NCBI GenBank assembly: GCA_902514625.1
Contig: CABXRK010000003.1
Location: forward strand, 264-64,263
Reading direction: 5' to 3'
Source of the DNA: an uncultured Bacteroidota bacterium
Lineage (GTDB): Bacteria > Bacteroidota > Bacteroidia > Flavobacteriales > Flavobacteriaceae
Length of the DNA stretch: 64,000 nt
Each line of letters starts with the position of its first letter. The first letter of the stretch is position 1. Below, in pieces: positions 55,440-64,000 of this stretch. Both the position numbers and the translations under genes were made by a program. The notes under the pieces are model-generated. The model was given only the letters and a program-made list of their open reading frames with translations, made no database searches and was not told where the DNA came from.

Positions 55440-56319
55440 ATACGTAGATAATCTGAACTAAAGATAAATAGGCAATGCTCATATACATTAATTTTTTTGC
55501 GGATTTTGTAGATTTTTTTTTGATAAGATCTAAAGCATAATATAACATTATAAGACCTAGAATAAAAATTATTATAGCGGCTAAAATACTAAGATTTAAT
55601 AAGCCCGTATATTTAGTTATAGGAAATAATGAAATTAATATCATCCAAAAAGTATACAATAAAATTAAAAACCCAGTAGATCTATCTTTATAACCTGTCG
55701 GAAGCATTTTAAAACCTGCTTTTTTATAGTCTTTATCTAACATCCACCCAATCGCCCAAAAATGAGGAAATTGCCAAAAAAATTGAATCATAAATAATAT
55801 CCCTGGTTCAATCCCAAACTTATTGGAATGAGCTACCCATCCTAACATGAAAGGAATAGCTCCTGGAATTGCACCAAAAAAAACACTCAATGGGGTTTTT
55901 GTTTTTAATGGCGTATAAACACAGGTGTAAATTATAATTGAAATTGCACCAAAAATTGCTGTTCGAGTATTTATTTTATATAATAACATCAATCCAATTA
56001 TTGTCATAAATAATGAAATTAATGTTGCTTTAATAGAGCTCATTCTCCTAGCAGGCAAAGGTCTATTCCTTGTTCTAAGCATTAAAAGATCAAGATCTTT
56101 TTCTAATATTTGATTAAATGCGTTTGATGCACCAACAATTAAATACCCACCAAAAATTAACAATATTATGGTCCTGGTATTTAAAAAATCTGCAGCCAAA
56201 AAATATCCTGCCAAAGAAGAAAACACTATACTAAAAGACAAACGTATTTTAGTTAGTTGACCAAAATCTGCTAAAAATAAATTAATATTATTCGGCTTTG
56301 GAATTACTTTTAAACTCAT
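55423..56319 (-). CDS. cyoE: protoheme IX farnesyltransferase (heme O synthase)
   Basis: 298 aa. It is a polytopic UbiA-family protein with the motif NQILEKDLDLLMLRTRNRPLP. Confidence 0.9.
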   Translation of the reverse strand: MSLKVIPKPNNINLFLADFGQLTKIRLSFSIVFSSLAGYFLAADFLNTRTIILLIFGGYLIVGASNAFNQILEKDLDLLMLRTRNRPLPARRMSSIKATLISLFMTIIGLMLLYKINTRTAIFGAISIIIYTCVYTPLKTKTPLSVFFGAIPGAIPFMLGWVAHSNKFGIEPGILFMIQFFWQFPHFWAIGWMLDKDYKKAGFKMLPTGYKDRSTGFLILLYTFWMILISLFPITKYTGLLNLSILAAIIIFILGLIMLYYALDLIKKKSTKSAKKLMYMSIAYLSLVQIIYVFDKFI

Positions 56320-56341
56320 CTAGAAAAGCAATATTGATAAA

Positions 56342-56349
56342 CAAATATA
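56342..56349 (-). promoter_or_regulatory. candidate -7 promoter box (TATATTTG on minus strand) for the cyoE-cox operon
   Basis: Plus-strand CAAATATA is the reverse complement of TAnnTTTG, 22 nt upstream of the cyoE ATG (56319). Confidence 0.3.
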
Positions 56350-56417
56350 TAAACAGACAAGATTATAAATGTTATTTTATTGAGTTCATTTAAAAATTAG
56401 ATCAATTTTGGTTAATC

Positions 56418-57119
56418 TTATTGAAGTCTAAAAGTAATAGGAATACTAAATGGAACTCTTACAGCTCTACCTCTTTGTTTCCCAGGAGTCATTCTTGGAA
56501 GCTTAGAAATAATCCTTTCCGCTTCTCTTTCAAGATTTTTATCAGGTCCTCTTTTTCTTATATTGATTATACTACCATCCTTAGAAATTATAAAATTAAC
56601 ATACACTCTACCCTGTATTCCCATCTCTTGGGCTATTTCTGGATATCTAAAATTTTTACGAATGTGCTTATTAATTTGTTCCTGAAAACAATCTCTTCTT
56701 TTAGATTTAGCCACTCTCTCACAGCCTGGAAAGATTGGGACATCTTCTATTACTGCAAAAGGAACATCAACATCTTCAAATTCCTCTTCCATAACTTCAA
56801 CTTCAACTATTTCCTCTTGGTCAGTCTCAGTTGATTCAATTACAGTTTCTTCAATCTCTTCTTCATCTTCAACAACCTCTATAATTTCAGGTGCTGGAGG
56901 AGGAGGCGGTGGTGGAGGTGTTTTTATTTGCTCTGTAATAGGTATTTCTTCTTGGTCGTCATTTTCAACATCTAATGCTTGATATCCATAGGCGTTTTTA
57001 TCGTATGTTTTCCACTCAATTCCACGCCAAGCAATGAATAAAACAAATGCTAATCCGATAGCAAAATATAGACTACTATTTCTTGATAAATCCGCTTTTG
57101 GGTTTTTTTTAGGTTGCAT
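56418..57119 (-). CDS. tonB: energy transducer TonB
   Basis: 233 aa. It has an N-terminal anchor, a proline run (PPPPPPPPAPE), an acidic linker, and a C-terminal TonB_C block (GIQGRVYVNFIISKDGSI). No exbB or exbD gene is adjacent. Confidence 0.8.
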   Translation of the reverse strand: MQPKKNPKADLSRNSSLYFAIGLAFVLFIAWRGIEWKTYDKNAYGYQALDVENDDQEEIPITEQIKTPPPPPPPPAPEIIEVVEDEEEIEETVIESTETDQEEIVEVEVMEEEFEDVDVPFAVIEDVPIFPGCERVAKSKRRDCFQEQINKHIRKNFRYPEIAQEMGIQGRVYVNFIISKDGSIINIRKRGPDKNLEREAERIISKLPRMTPGKQRGRAVRVPFSIPITFRLQ

Positions 57120-57155
57120 AAAAATTTCTTTTATAAGCTAATTTAAAAAAATACC

Positions 57156-57554
57156 TTATTTAATTATAGAAAAAATTGAGCTTTTTGAAAAAAAATAAAA
57201 AATACTAATTCCAAGAAAATTTGATAGAAGGTCTGAAAATTCAAAAGAACGGTAGGGAATAATTAATCCCTGAACAGCCTCAAGAAGAATTCCTAAAGAC
57301 AAACAAATAAAAATTGAGTGCATTTTCGAATTCTTAATCTTCCAATCATGACTCAAAGCTAAAAATAAAACCAATGAAAGAGAAAAATAAAAAAAACAAT
57401 GGGCCAAAGATTCAATTTCAAAGGATTTATTAATTGAAATTACGGTTTTAGTGAATTTAAACTCTTTTAATGACAAAAAGATTATAAACAAACAATCCGA
57501 TATGGATAAGATTGTAAAAAAAAACTTAAACTGCAATAATTTTTTCATAATCAT
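57156..57554 (-). CDS. VanZ-like family membrane protein
   Basis: 132 aa with four hydrophobic helices. It sits directly after gcvH, overlapping it by 29 nt at the track start. The assignment rests on topology and gene context. Confidence 0.55.
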   Translation of the reverse strand: MIMKKLLQFKFFFTILSISDCLFIIFLSLKEFKFTKTVISINKSFEIESLAHCFFYFSLSLVLFLALSHDWKIKNSKMHSIFICLSLGILLEAVQGLIIPYRSFEFSDLLSNFLGISIFYFFSKSSIFSIIK

Positions 57555-57906
57555 CAGAATTTAATAATTCATCTAATTCTGAAATTGAAGAAATTTTGAC
57601 TTTTACAATCCACCCTTTTCCGTAAGGATCATTATTAACTTCTTCAGGATTATCGATTATATAATCATTAACCTCTATTATCTCACCACTAACAGGCATA
57701 AATAAATCTGAAACTGTTTTAACAGCTTCAATAGCTCCAAATATTTCTTCTTTTTTTAATTTTTGATTTAGAACATCGACTTCTATATAAACCACATCTC
57801 CTAATTCACTTTGAGCAAAATCAGTAATCCCTATTGTTGCTATTTCATTTTCAACCTTAACCCATTCATGGTCATTAGTATATTTTAAATTATCAGGCGT
57901 TAACAT
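57526..57906 (-). CDS. gcvH: glycine cleavage system protein H
   Basis: 126 aa. Motifs are YTNDHEWV and the lipoyl-lysine motif IEAVKTVSDLFMPVSGEI. Confidence 0.9.
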   Translation of the reverse strand: MLTPDNLKYTNDHEWVKVENEIATIGITDFAQSELGDVVYIEVDVLNQKLKKEEIFGAIEAVKTVSDLFMPVSGEIIEVNDYIIDNPEEVNNDPYGKGWIVKVKISSISELDELLNSDDYEKIIAV

Positions 57907-57958
57907 TATAAAATTATTTAAAACAAATATATATTTTTCTTTAATTCTTATCTATGTT

Positions 57959-60900
57959 TTAATCTCCAAAGTTATACCTAACCGTTATTCCTGATCTTAT
58001 ACTTGTTTGAGGGAAAGCCGAAGATATGGCAAATTTTGAAAAATTATGATCATAAAAAAATAAAGCTGTCAAATTTTTAGATAAATTATAATCAGCCGAA
58101 ATTTTTATTGCCCAGAGCTTCTGACCTGCAGTTACTTGATTGTTATCTATTTCAATATTTCTTAGAATTGTAATATTATTTCTATATGAAATATCAGCTT
58201 TAATATTAAGATCTCCTCTAAGAGAGGTTTTTTTACCTGCAATATTAGTTCTAAATCTAAGGTCTTTTATTCTATAACCCAAACCAAAAATATATTCGTC
58301 TCCGGAAGATTCTGTAAGAATATTATTGTCCAAACTTAAAGAAAGAGCTCTGTCTTTTTTTAATTCAGCCAAAACTTTAATTGAATTTTTAAACTCTACA
58401 TCAAATTTTAATAATGGATTAAATTGTTCAACTAAATTTAAATTTCCATACAATATTGGGACAACTAAATTTCCTCCATCATCTTTTAAATAAGGATTAT
58501 TAATATTATAATCTAAATTGGTTTGAAAATTATTAACTGTAAAGCTAGATCTATAACCATGGGTAATTGAAAATCTATTAAAAATTTCTTTAAATGACTT
58601 AATAGACATTAATCCTGTATACTTTATATTCCAATTTGGTAATGGAGTTTTTTGAGTTGGATTAAGTGTAACTTTTTCCGGAGACTGACCTGAATAAGCA
58701 GATATAAATGCAGGGATTATAACAGATTGATGTGTTTTACCATATCCCTTTCTATAGCCTTCTTGATCAATTTGTTCTAAATCTAAACCATTGATATAGG
58801 CTAATCTTTTTGAAATAGTTAATCTATTTTTTCTAAAACTTTGAAAAGTTTTATTAATAGAGCCATCATATTTTCTAAATGCAGTTCCAATCATAATTGA
58901 TGAAACTTCAAAATTTCCATATTGATTTGGGCTTATTGGATTATATATTCCATTTGTAACTAAAAAATTTTCAGAATTGTTTCTTGAATATTTTTTATCA
59001 GCACTTAAATCAATTAATAAGCCCTTTCCAATGTTTATCTGTCCATTTATATTAAATTGACTACTATGGATTTGAGTATAAGATTGGTTAAAATCAGGAA
59101 ATTCAGTCAACCATCCTTTTTTTGCTATTTCATATCTAATGTCGGATTGACTTCCAAAAGTATAACCAATTGAGGGTTTTAATGTCCCCATAAATCCTAT
59201 TTTACCAAGATAGCCAGGTAATAAATTTCCATTATTTTCAGAATAAGTAAATTGAATTCTATTTAAATTTAATAGACCCTTAATTATTTTTTGAAAAAAT
59301 GTAACATTTTTTTTAGTATAATCAAATCCAAAACTTTTCAACATTTTTCGTGTAGACAATGTTCCATTTAATGCTTTTGAATTCGAATTCTGAATGGTAT
59401 TAATTTCTCCTAAAATTTCACCGGTTGAAGCTTTTATATTATTTAAAATATCTGATCCACTTTTCCAACTAAAATCACCAGTATAACTATAATTTGCTTC
59501 AATAAAATTGAAAAAAGGCAAATACTTTAAAGGCAAATTATAATTTAAATTAATTGATTGAAAATGTCCATTAGGTTCACCTCTACTCCATAATCCGTCC
59601 CATATGTTTTTTTGTTTGTTAATTTTATTTAAATCTCCATTATTCTGATTATAGTAATTTTTAACCAAATTATTTGTTGATGATGTAAAATTCAATCTAA
59701 GTGATTTAGTTATATTATGACCTATATAATATGACATATCAAATAGATAATTTCTTTGTTGTAATTCTGGCATTGAAATTTGATTTTCTGAATTTATACC
59801 TTCTATATAGACTTGTCTGAATCTCTGTCTATTAAAAGATCTATCAATTTTTGGATTAAAAGAAATTGAAGAGGGTAAAAGATTTAAATTAAATTCTTTT
59901 AACCATTTCAAATATTTTGATTCATTTAATGTTTTGTTATCATAAAATGGATTAATCTCAAAAGGTTTAAAAGAATATGAATAATTAGCAGCTAAATTTA
60001 GCCTAATTCTTTCTTGATTTCTGATTTCATAATTATTATGTTTTAATTCATTATAAGAATATGAAAAAGAAAAGTTCTCAATATTGTAAAATCTTGATTT
60101 CTCAGATTTATTAGATTTTCTAACTCCTATAAAATTAATACTTTTTCTGTCTGTAAAATCAATTGCTTGATTCCTTATTGAATCCCTTAATTCTTTACTA
60201 TTAATTGATTTTAATCTGTCATCTAAAAGCAAATCCTGATAAAAAGGATCATATTCAGGAGTAATTACTGTTCTTCCAGTACTATAATTAAAAGGAATTT
60301 CTATACCCCATTTATCAGGAAAAAATCTTCCCAAATCAACGTTTGAAACTATATCATATTGTTTAATTTCTTCTCTACTTCTTTGATTGGGGCTCTGATC
60401 TAAAGAACCAAATCCAATAGTAGAAAACTTTCCGGTTAATGAAAAATTTGCTAGATCAGAAATATTTCCATCTAATGCTCCAATTGCAGCCCAACCCCCT
60501 TTGGCTTCTATCCCTGCAATTCTAAGTTCATTAAACCAAACTTCTCCACATAAATTATCTCCTAAATTTATTGAAGGATTTTTAACACCAATCATCATAT
60601 TTTTAATTGATCCCAGTGAAGGATTACCTTTAATAGAAAGTTTATACTTTTTATCACCAGGTAATACGCTTATTAAAGAAAACTCCTCTACTTGATTTAA
60701 GTTTTCATCAAAATAAATAGGATCTTGCCTATCCTTTCCAATTACTTGAGATTTAATTTTAGACAATATTGAAATTGGTATATCAATAGAATTGTGATCT
60801 GGAAGCCAAACTTCTTCAGAAGATAATCTATTTGATGAATCATCACTAAATGGTGTTGGCTTTAAAGGAACTTCTATCTGATAATAATTCTTATTTAAAT

Positions 60901-63900
60901 CTGATCCTAATCTTATAAATGCTACAACTCTCCTATCAAATTCATCACTAATTCCTTCTCCGGGAAGTTTATCCTCACCCTGAGAAGATTCTGCGTGAAT
61001 GTACATTTTTAATTTCTCATACTGTCTTAAATCTATTTCAGTGTTTTTATAAATCCCCCTTAAATCCATAGGCCTAAGATTACAAAACTTTAATGACAAT
61101 GATTGCTCATTTTGTCTTATAACAGTATTATTACTATTTATTTTTTCTCTAACAATATCCGGAGGCAGAACATAGTTAATAGGAATTCTATTTTCATTTT
61201 CTAAAATATTTACAGTACTAACATCTATTGTAGTAGTATTATTAGGTAATATTTTTTCATTCAATTCCTTATTATATCTTCTCCAATCTCCTCTAACCAA
61301 ATCTAATGTTCCAAATCTTAAAACTATTGGATTTTCAAAATCACTTAGAACCATCCTTATAAATCTAATTGATCTTAAGTCTTGAATACCATTAATGATT
61401 TCATGATACTTTTTATAATTAGATCCTTCATAAAATTCTTTATCAATTGGTATTTTAAACTGTATCCATCTAGCTGAAATATTTTTTCCATTTGGAAGAT
61501 CTATCTTTATATTTTCTCTTACATCAGTAACAAAAGGATGATTCCCAACGGTCATTTCCTTTCTTATAGGAATATTATAACTAAAATAGCTATCGATTGT
61601 ATTCATTGTTTGGTCATTATTAATATCTTCCGTATCAGGCTGAGAAGTACTTCCTCTATCTGAATCAGAAAAAGCTATTGGTGAATTTCCTTGAGTTCCA
61701 TTATATCGCTTATATCTTTGAATAATACCTCCTGAACCTTTTACAAAATATTCATAATTATCACCTGCTGGATCATCTATAGGGCCATTAAAATAAACTT
61801 CTTTCTCTTCCTCGTCATTTAAACCATCTAGTCCCAAATCTTGAAGTTTCCTGTCTCCATCTATTGTATTAAAAGCATATAACAAAGATTGACTTGAAGG
61901 GGTTTTGCCCCAGTTAGATTTTTTAACTGAAGTTGGTTGCTGACCGGGAAGACCATTTTCGTATTGCTTCCTTCCATCTTTTAAAATGTCTTCAGAAATA
62001 TTACCAAGATGAAGTGATAAGGTCCCCAAATCATTCCCCGAACTTTGAAATTCAGAAAATGTATCTAACAACCAAAACTCAATAAATTCGACATTAGTTT
62101 GCTCAAAATTTGTGGAATTTATAGCTCTCATTATCCCCCCCCAATTGCCTTTTAAATTACTTTTAAAATCATTAATTTTATTATTATTATAAGGTCCCTT
62201 TTCATCCGGAAAAAAAGCTACGTCAAAAGTGTTTTGAACTGTCGTTTGACCTTGAATTAAATCCTGTTCGGGAAATATCTCATTAATAAAAATTCTTCTT
62301 GTAGAATTTAAAGAAGTTGATCCATTATCAATACCTGTTGGCCTAAGTTGACTTGAATAAAATATTGGATCAATAGTATACCAAGAAATTAATGCTCTAT
62401 TATAGCCTCCTAAAATGTCGTCCTTTTTAGCGTTAGATCCTAAAAAACCTTCTATTGGTACGCTAGATAAATTCCAAGCATAAGGACTCTTAATATCAAT
62501 ATTAGTTTGAGCTCCTTCAAAATCATCAATATATACTGTTGCTTCCCCTTGAAGTTCAGTATTTTTAGGATTTTTAGAAATTAAAGAAGCTATTTCTCCT
62601 CTAAAAGAAAATTTAGATGGAATTTCAGTTTCAATAGTTGGAATCTTATTGACTAATCTAGTTAAAAATGGAATCTCTAGAGACAAATTAGCATTAATAC
62701 CAATCATAGTATTATTGACAGGCTCTGTCCCATAATTTGCTTTTTGTGTTAATGGATTTTCACTTAAATTAATAAAATTGCCTCCTAAAACAATTTTTTC
62801 ATTAAACTGATGAACCACATCTATTCCAGAAAAACGCTTGTTTTGTTGACCAAATACAGAGTTATTTTCAACTGATATTTGAATTGGGATATTAGATGCT
62901 TTTAATCCAGGATCTAATATTTTAACTCTTCCTATTTGATAATTAACTGTGTAATCAATGCCTTCTTTTAATAATCTTCCTCCTGCTGTTACTTTTACTG
63001 ATCCCCTTGGAACATTAAATGCTCCTAAAGAAATACCATCTCCTCCTTGAGATTTATATCTACCTTTTATTTCAAATTTATTTTTTTCAGTTGATTCTAA
63101 AGCAGCTGCTTGAGTTAATTTATATAAATCTTTGAAAACATACTTTGATTGATTTTCATTATATGATGTTTCATCATTATATGTCTCATTTTGAGACTTC
63201 GAATCTGATAAAATATTAAATAAATTTTCACCAAATGGTTCAACTGTTGGAAAAATTATTCTACCATACCTCGAATCAACTGAAATCCCCTGAACAAAAT
63301 CAAAAAACCCATCTCCCTCTGGTTGAAAATTTTCAAATGAATCTAATTTATCAAGTTTAAAAATATTTAACAAAGTTCTATCTTTAAAATATTCGGGCCA
63401 AATAGAATTATTTATGGCTGTTAAATAATTTATTGGAGAGGGGTCTGAATAAAGAATATTTAATTTAAAATCTTCACTAGATAATTCATAAGCTCCAATA
63501 TTATAAATATTTTTCATCATTAAATTCCATAAAGGCTGATTAACATCAGTAAGACTACTTTTCAATAGCTTAACAACCAAATTATTTGTTTCTTCAATTT
63601 TAACTCCCTGATCATTAGAAACAGTAGTCCCAGAAATTCCACCATTAGCAAATTCTCCAACTTGATATACTTTTCCTTTATATGTATATTGAAAAGCTAC
63701 ACCTAATATTTCATCATTACTTAATTTCTGATTAAGTGATATATAGCCTAATTGTTTTTGTAATTTATATTCATTCGGCTCCAATTTCCTTGCACTTTCT
63801 AAAAAGGCATAATCAATACCCTCTAAAACTTGTCCATTTAACTTTCCGAATCCTTCAGAAATATTAGCAGCATCTCTTATATTTTGATTCAAAAAAGAAT

Positions 63901-64000
63901 CTGATCCAATTGATTTTGGATTGAATTTATTTGATTCATTGCTAGGTATTTTTTCAATTGAAGATATCTCTATAAAAGTTGGATCTATTTCAGTTAACCT
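57959..64000 (-). CDS. sprA: T9SS translocon / cell surface protein SprA (N-terminus lies beyond the window)
   Basis: The track start at 63892 is a TTG. I read the same frame onward to nt 64000 without a stop, so the gene continues off the right edge. More than 2,000 aa of giant beta-barrel-type sequence is present. The sprA-gcvH-vanZ order fits Flavobacteriia. Confidence 0.85.
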   Translation of the reverse strand, partial: RLTEIDPTFIEISSIEKIPSNESNKFNPKSIGSDSFLNQNIRDAANISEGFGKLNGQVLEGIDYAFLESARKLEPNEYKLQKQLGYISLNQKLSNDEILGVAFQYTYKGKVYQVGEFANGGISGTTVSNDQGVKIEETNNLVVKLLKSSLTDVNQPLWNLMMKNIYNIGAYELSSEDFKLNILYSDPSPINYLTAINNSIWPEYFKDRTLLNIFKLDKLDSFENFQPEGDGFFDFVQGISVDSRYGRIIFPTVEPFGENLFNILSDSKSQNETYNDETSYNENQSKYVFKDLYKLTQAAALESTEKNKFEIKGRYKSQGGDGISLGAFNVPRGSVKVTAGGRLLKEGIDYTVNYQIGRVKILDPGLKASNIPIQISVENNSVFGQQNKRFSGIDVVHQFNEKIVLGGNFINLSENPLTQKANYGTEPVNNTMIGINANLSLEIPFLTRLVNKIPTIETEIPSKFSFRGEIASLISKNPKNTELQGEATVYIDDFEGAQTNIDIKSPYAWNLSSVPIEGFLGSNAKKDDILGGYNRALISWYTIDPIFYSSQLRPTGIDNGSTSLNSTRRIFINEIFPEQDLIQGQTTVQNTFDVAFFPDEKGPYNNNKINDFKSNLKGNWGGIMRAINSTNFEQTNVEFIEFWLLDTFSEFQSSGNDLGTLSLHLGNISEDILKDGRKQYENGLPGQQPTSVKKSNWGKTPSSQSLLYAFNTIDGDRKLQDLGLDGLNDEEEKEVYFNGPIDDPAGDNYEYFVKGSGGIIQRYKRYNGTQGNSPIAFSDSDRGSTSQPDTEDINNDQTMNTIDSYFSYNIPIRKEMTVGNHPFVTDVRENIKIDLPNGKNISARWIQFKIPIDKEFYEGSNYKKYHEIINGIQDLRSIRFIRMVLSDFENPIVLRFGTLDLVRGDWRRYNKELNEKILPNNTTTIDVSTVNILENENRIPINYVLPPDIVREKINSNNTVIRQNEQSLSLKFCNLRPMDLRGIYKNTEIDLRQYEKLKMYIHAESSQGEDKLPGEGISDEFDRRVVAFIRLGSDLNKNYYQIEVPLKPTPFSDDSSNRLSSEEVWLPDHNSIDIPISILSKIKSQVIGKDRQDPIYFDENLNQVEEFSLISVLPGDKKYKLSIKGNPSLGSIKNMMIGVKNPSINLGDNLCGEVWFNELRIAGIEAKGGWAAIGALDGNISDLANFSLTGKFSTIGFGSLDQSPNQRSREEIKQYDIVSNVDLGRFFPDKWGIEIPFNYSTGRTVITPEYDPFYQDLLLDDRLKSINSKELRDSIRNQAIDFTDRKSINFIGVRKSNKSEKSRFYNIENFSFSYSYNELKHNNYEIRNQERIRLNLAANYSYSFKPFEINPFYDNKTLNESKYLKWLKEFNLNLLPSSISFNPKIDRSFNRQRFRQVYIEGINSENQISMPELQQRNYLFDMSYYIGHNITKSLRLNFTSSTNNLVKNYYNQNNGDLNKINKQKNIWDGLWSRGEPNGHFQSINLNYNLPLKYLPFFNFIEANYSYTGDFSWKSGSDILNNIKASTGEILGEINTIQNSNSKALNGTLSTRKMLKSFGFDYTKKNVTFFQKIIKGLLNLNRIQFTYSENNGNLLPGYLGKIGFMGTLKPSIGYTFGSQSDIRYEIAKKGWLTEFPDFNQSYTQIHSSQFNINGQINIGKGLLIDLSADKKYSRNNSENFLVTNGIYNPISPNQYGNFEVSSIMIGTAFRKYDGSINKTFQSFRKNRLTISKRLAYINGLDLEQIDQEGYRKGYGKTHQSVIIPAFISAYSGQSPEKVTLNPTQKTPLPNWNIKYTGLMSIKSFKEIFNRFSITHGYRSSFTVNNFQTNLDYNINNPYLKDDGGNLVVPILYGNLNLVEQFNPLLKFDVEFKNSIKVLAELKKDRALSLSLDNNILTESSGDEYIFGLGYRIKDLRFRTNIAGKKTSLRGDLNIKADISYRNNITILRNIEIDNNQVTAGQKLWAIKISADYNLSKNLTALFFYDHNFSKFAISSAFPQTSIRSGITVRYNFGD

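Noticed and set aside
56421-56834. A 137-aa plus-strand ORF antisense to tonB.
   Set aside because: It overlaps the well-supported TonB C-terminal domain. Its sequence is an Ser/Phe/Asn-rich mirror of the sense frame with no start-site context, so it is treated as an artefact.
57907-57958. Possible riboswitches: glycine upstream of gcvH, lysine upstream of lysC (34092..34094), and an M-box upstream of mgtE (which overlaps rsmA).
   Set aside because: The available upstream spacers (52 nt, 3 nt, and none) are too short to hold these elements of about 100-200 nt.
1-64000. A search by eye for CRISPR arrays, rRNA genes, transposases, integrases, phage genes or toxin-antitoxin-like pairs.
   Set aside because: I saw no regularly spaced direct repeats and no ORFs with recombinase, transposase or phage hallmarks. 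The only stable RNA gene I could fold is tRNA-Leu. An exhaustive repeat search was not possible by hand.

Overview
This is a low-GC, very tightly packed chromosomal segment. By inference it comes from a small-genome marine member of the Flavobacteriia (Bacteroidota). The supporting hallmarks are a SusC/SusD pair, T9SS components (SprA and a cargo protein with a C-terminal sorting domain), a BamA-OmpH-OmpH cluster, DUF6089, TAnnTTTG-type promoter motifs, A-rich leaders without Shine-Dalgarno sequences, and many overlapping or abutting genes.

Nt 1-20,200 are the accessory-looking part. They hold the tail of a GH29 fucosidase, a bestrophin-like membrane protein, and an approximately 18-kb minus-strand SusC/SusD locus. 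The cargo of that locus is three paralogous double-propeller FG-GAP/UnbV_ASPIC (CRTAC1-like) lipoproteins, one orphan lipoprotein, two tandem DUF1080 proteins and a TAT-exported Gfo/Idh/MocA oxidoreductase. I recognise no classical CAZyme and no regulator in it. This is my best candidate for an uncharacterised system.

A tRNA-Leu(CAA) separates this locus from about 44 kb of mostly housekeeping genes:
- prs-rplY-pth, ribF, serS, rsmA, mgtE, lysC, pdxJ, nadK and uppS-bamA-ompH-ompH
- murI, nifU-like, tsaB, and a MacB-type ABC/MFP/TolC efflux operon
- a cytochrome oxidase subunit III/IV plus assembly cluster, then tonB, vanZ, gcvH and a partial sprA

One large T9SS mosaic metalloprotease operon interrupts this housekeeping stretch. 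I saw no CRISPR array, rRNA gene, transposase or integrase. All functional calls come from reading motifs in the supplied translations. No database search was run.
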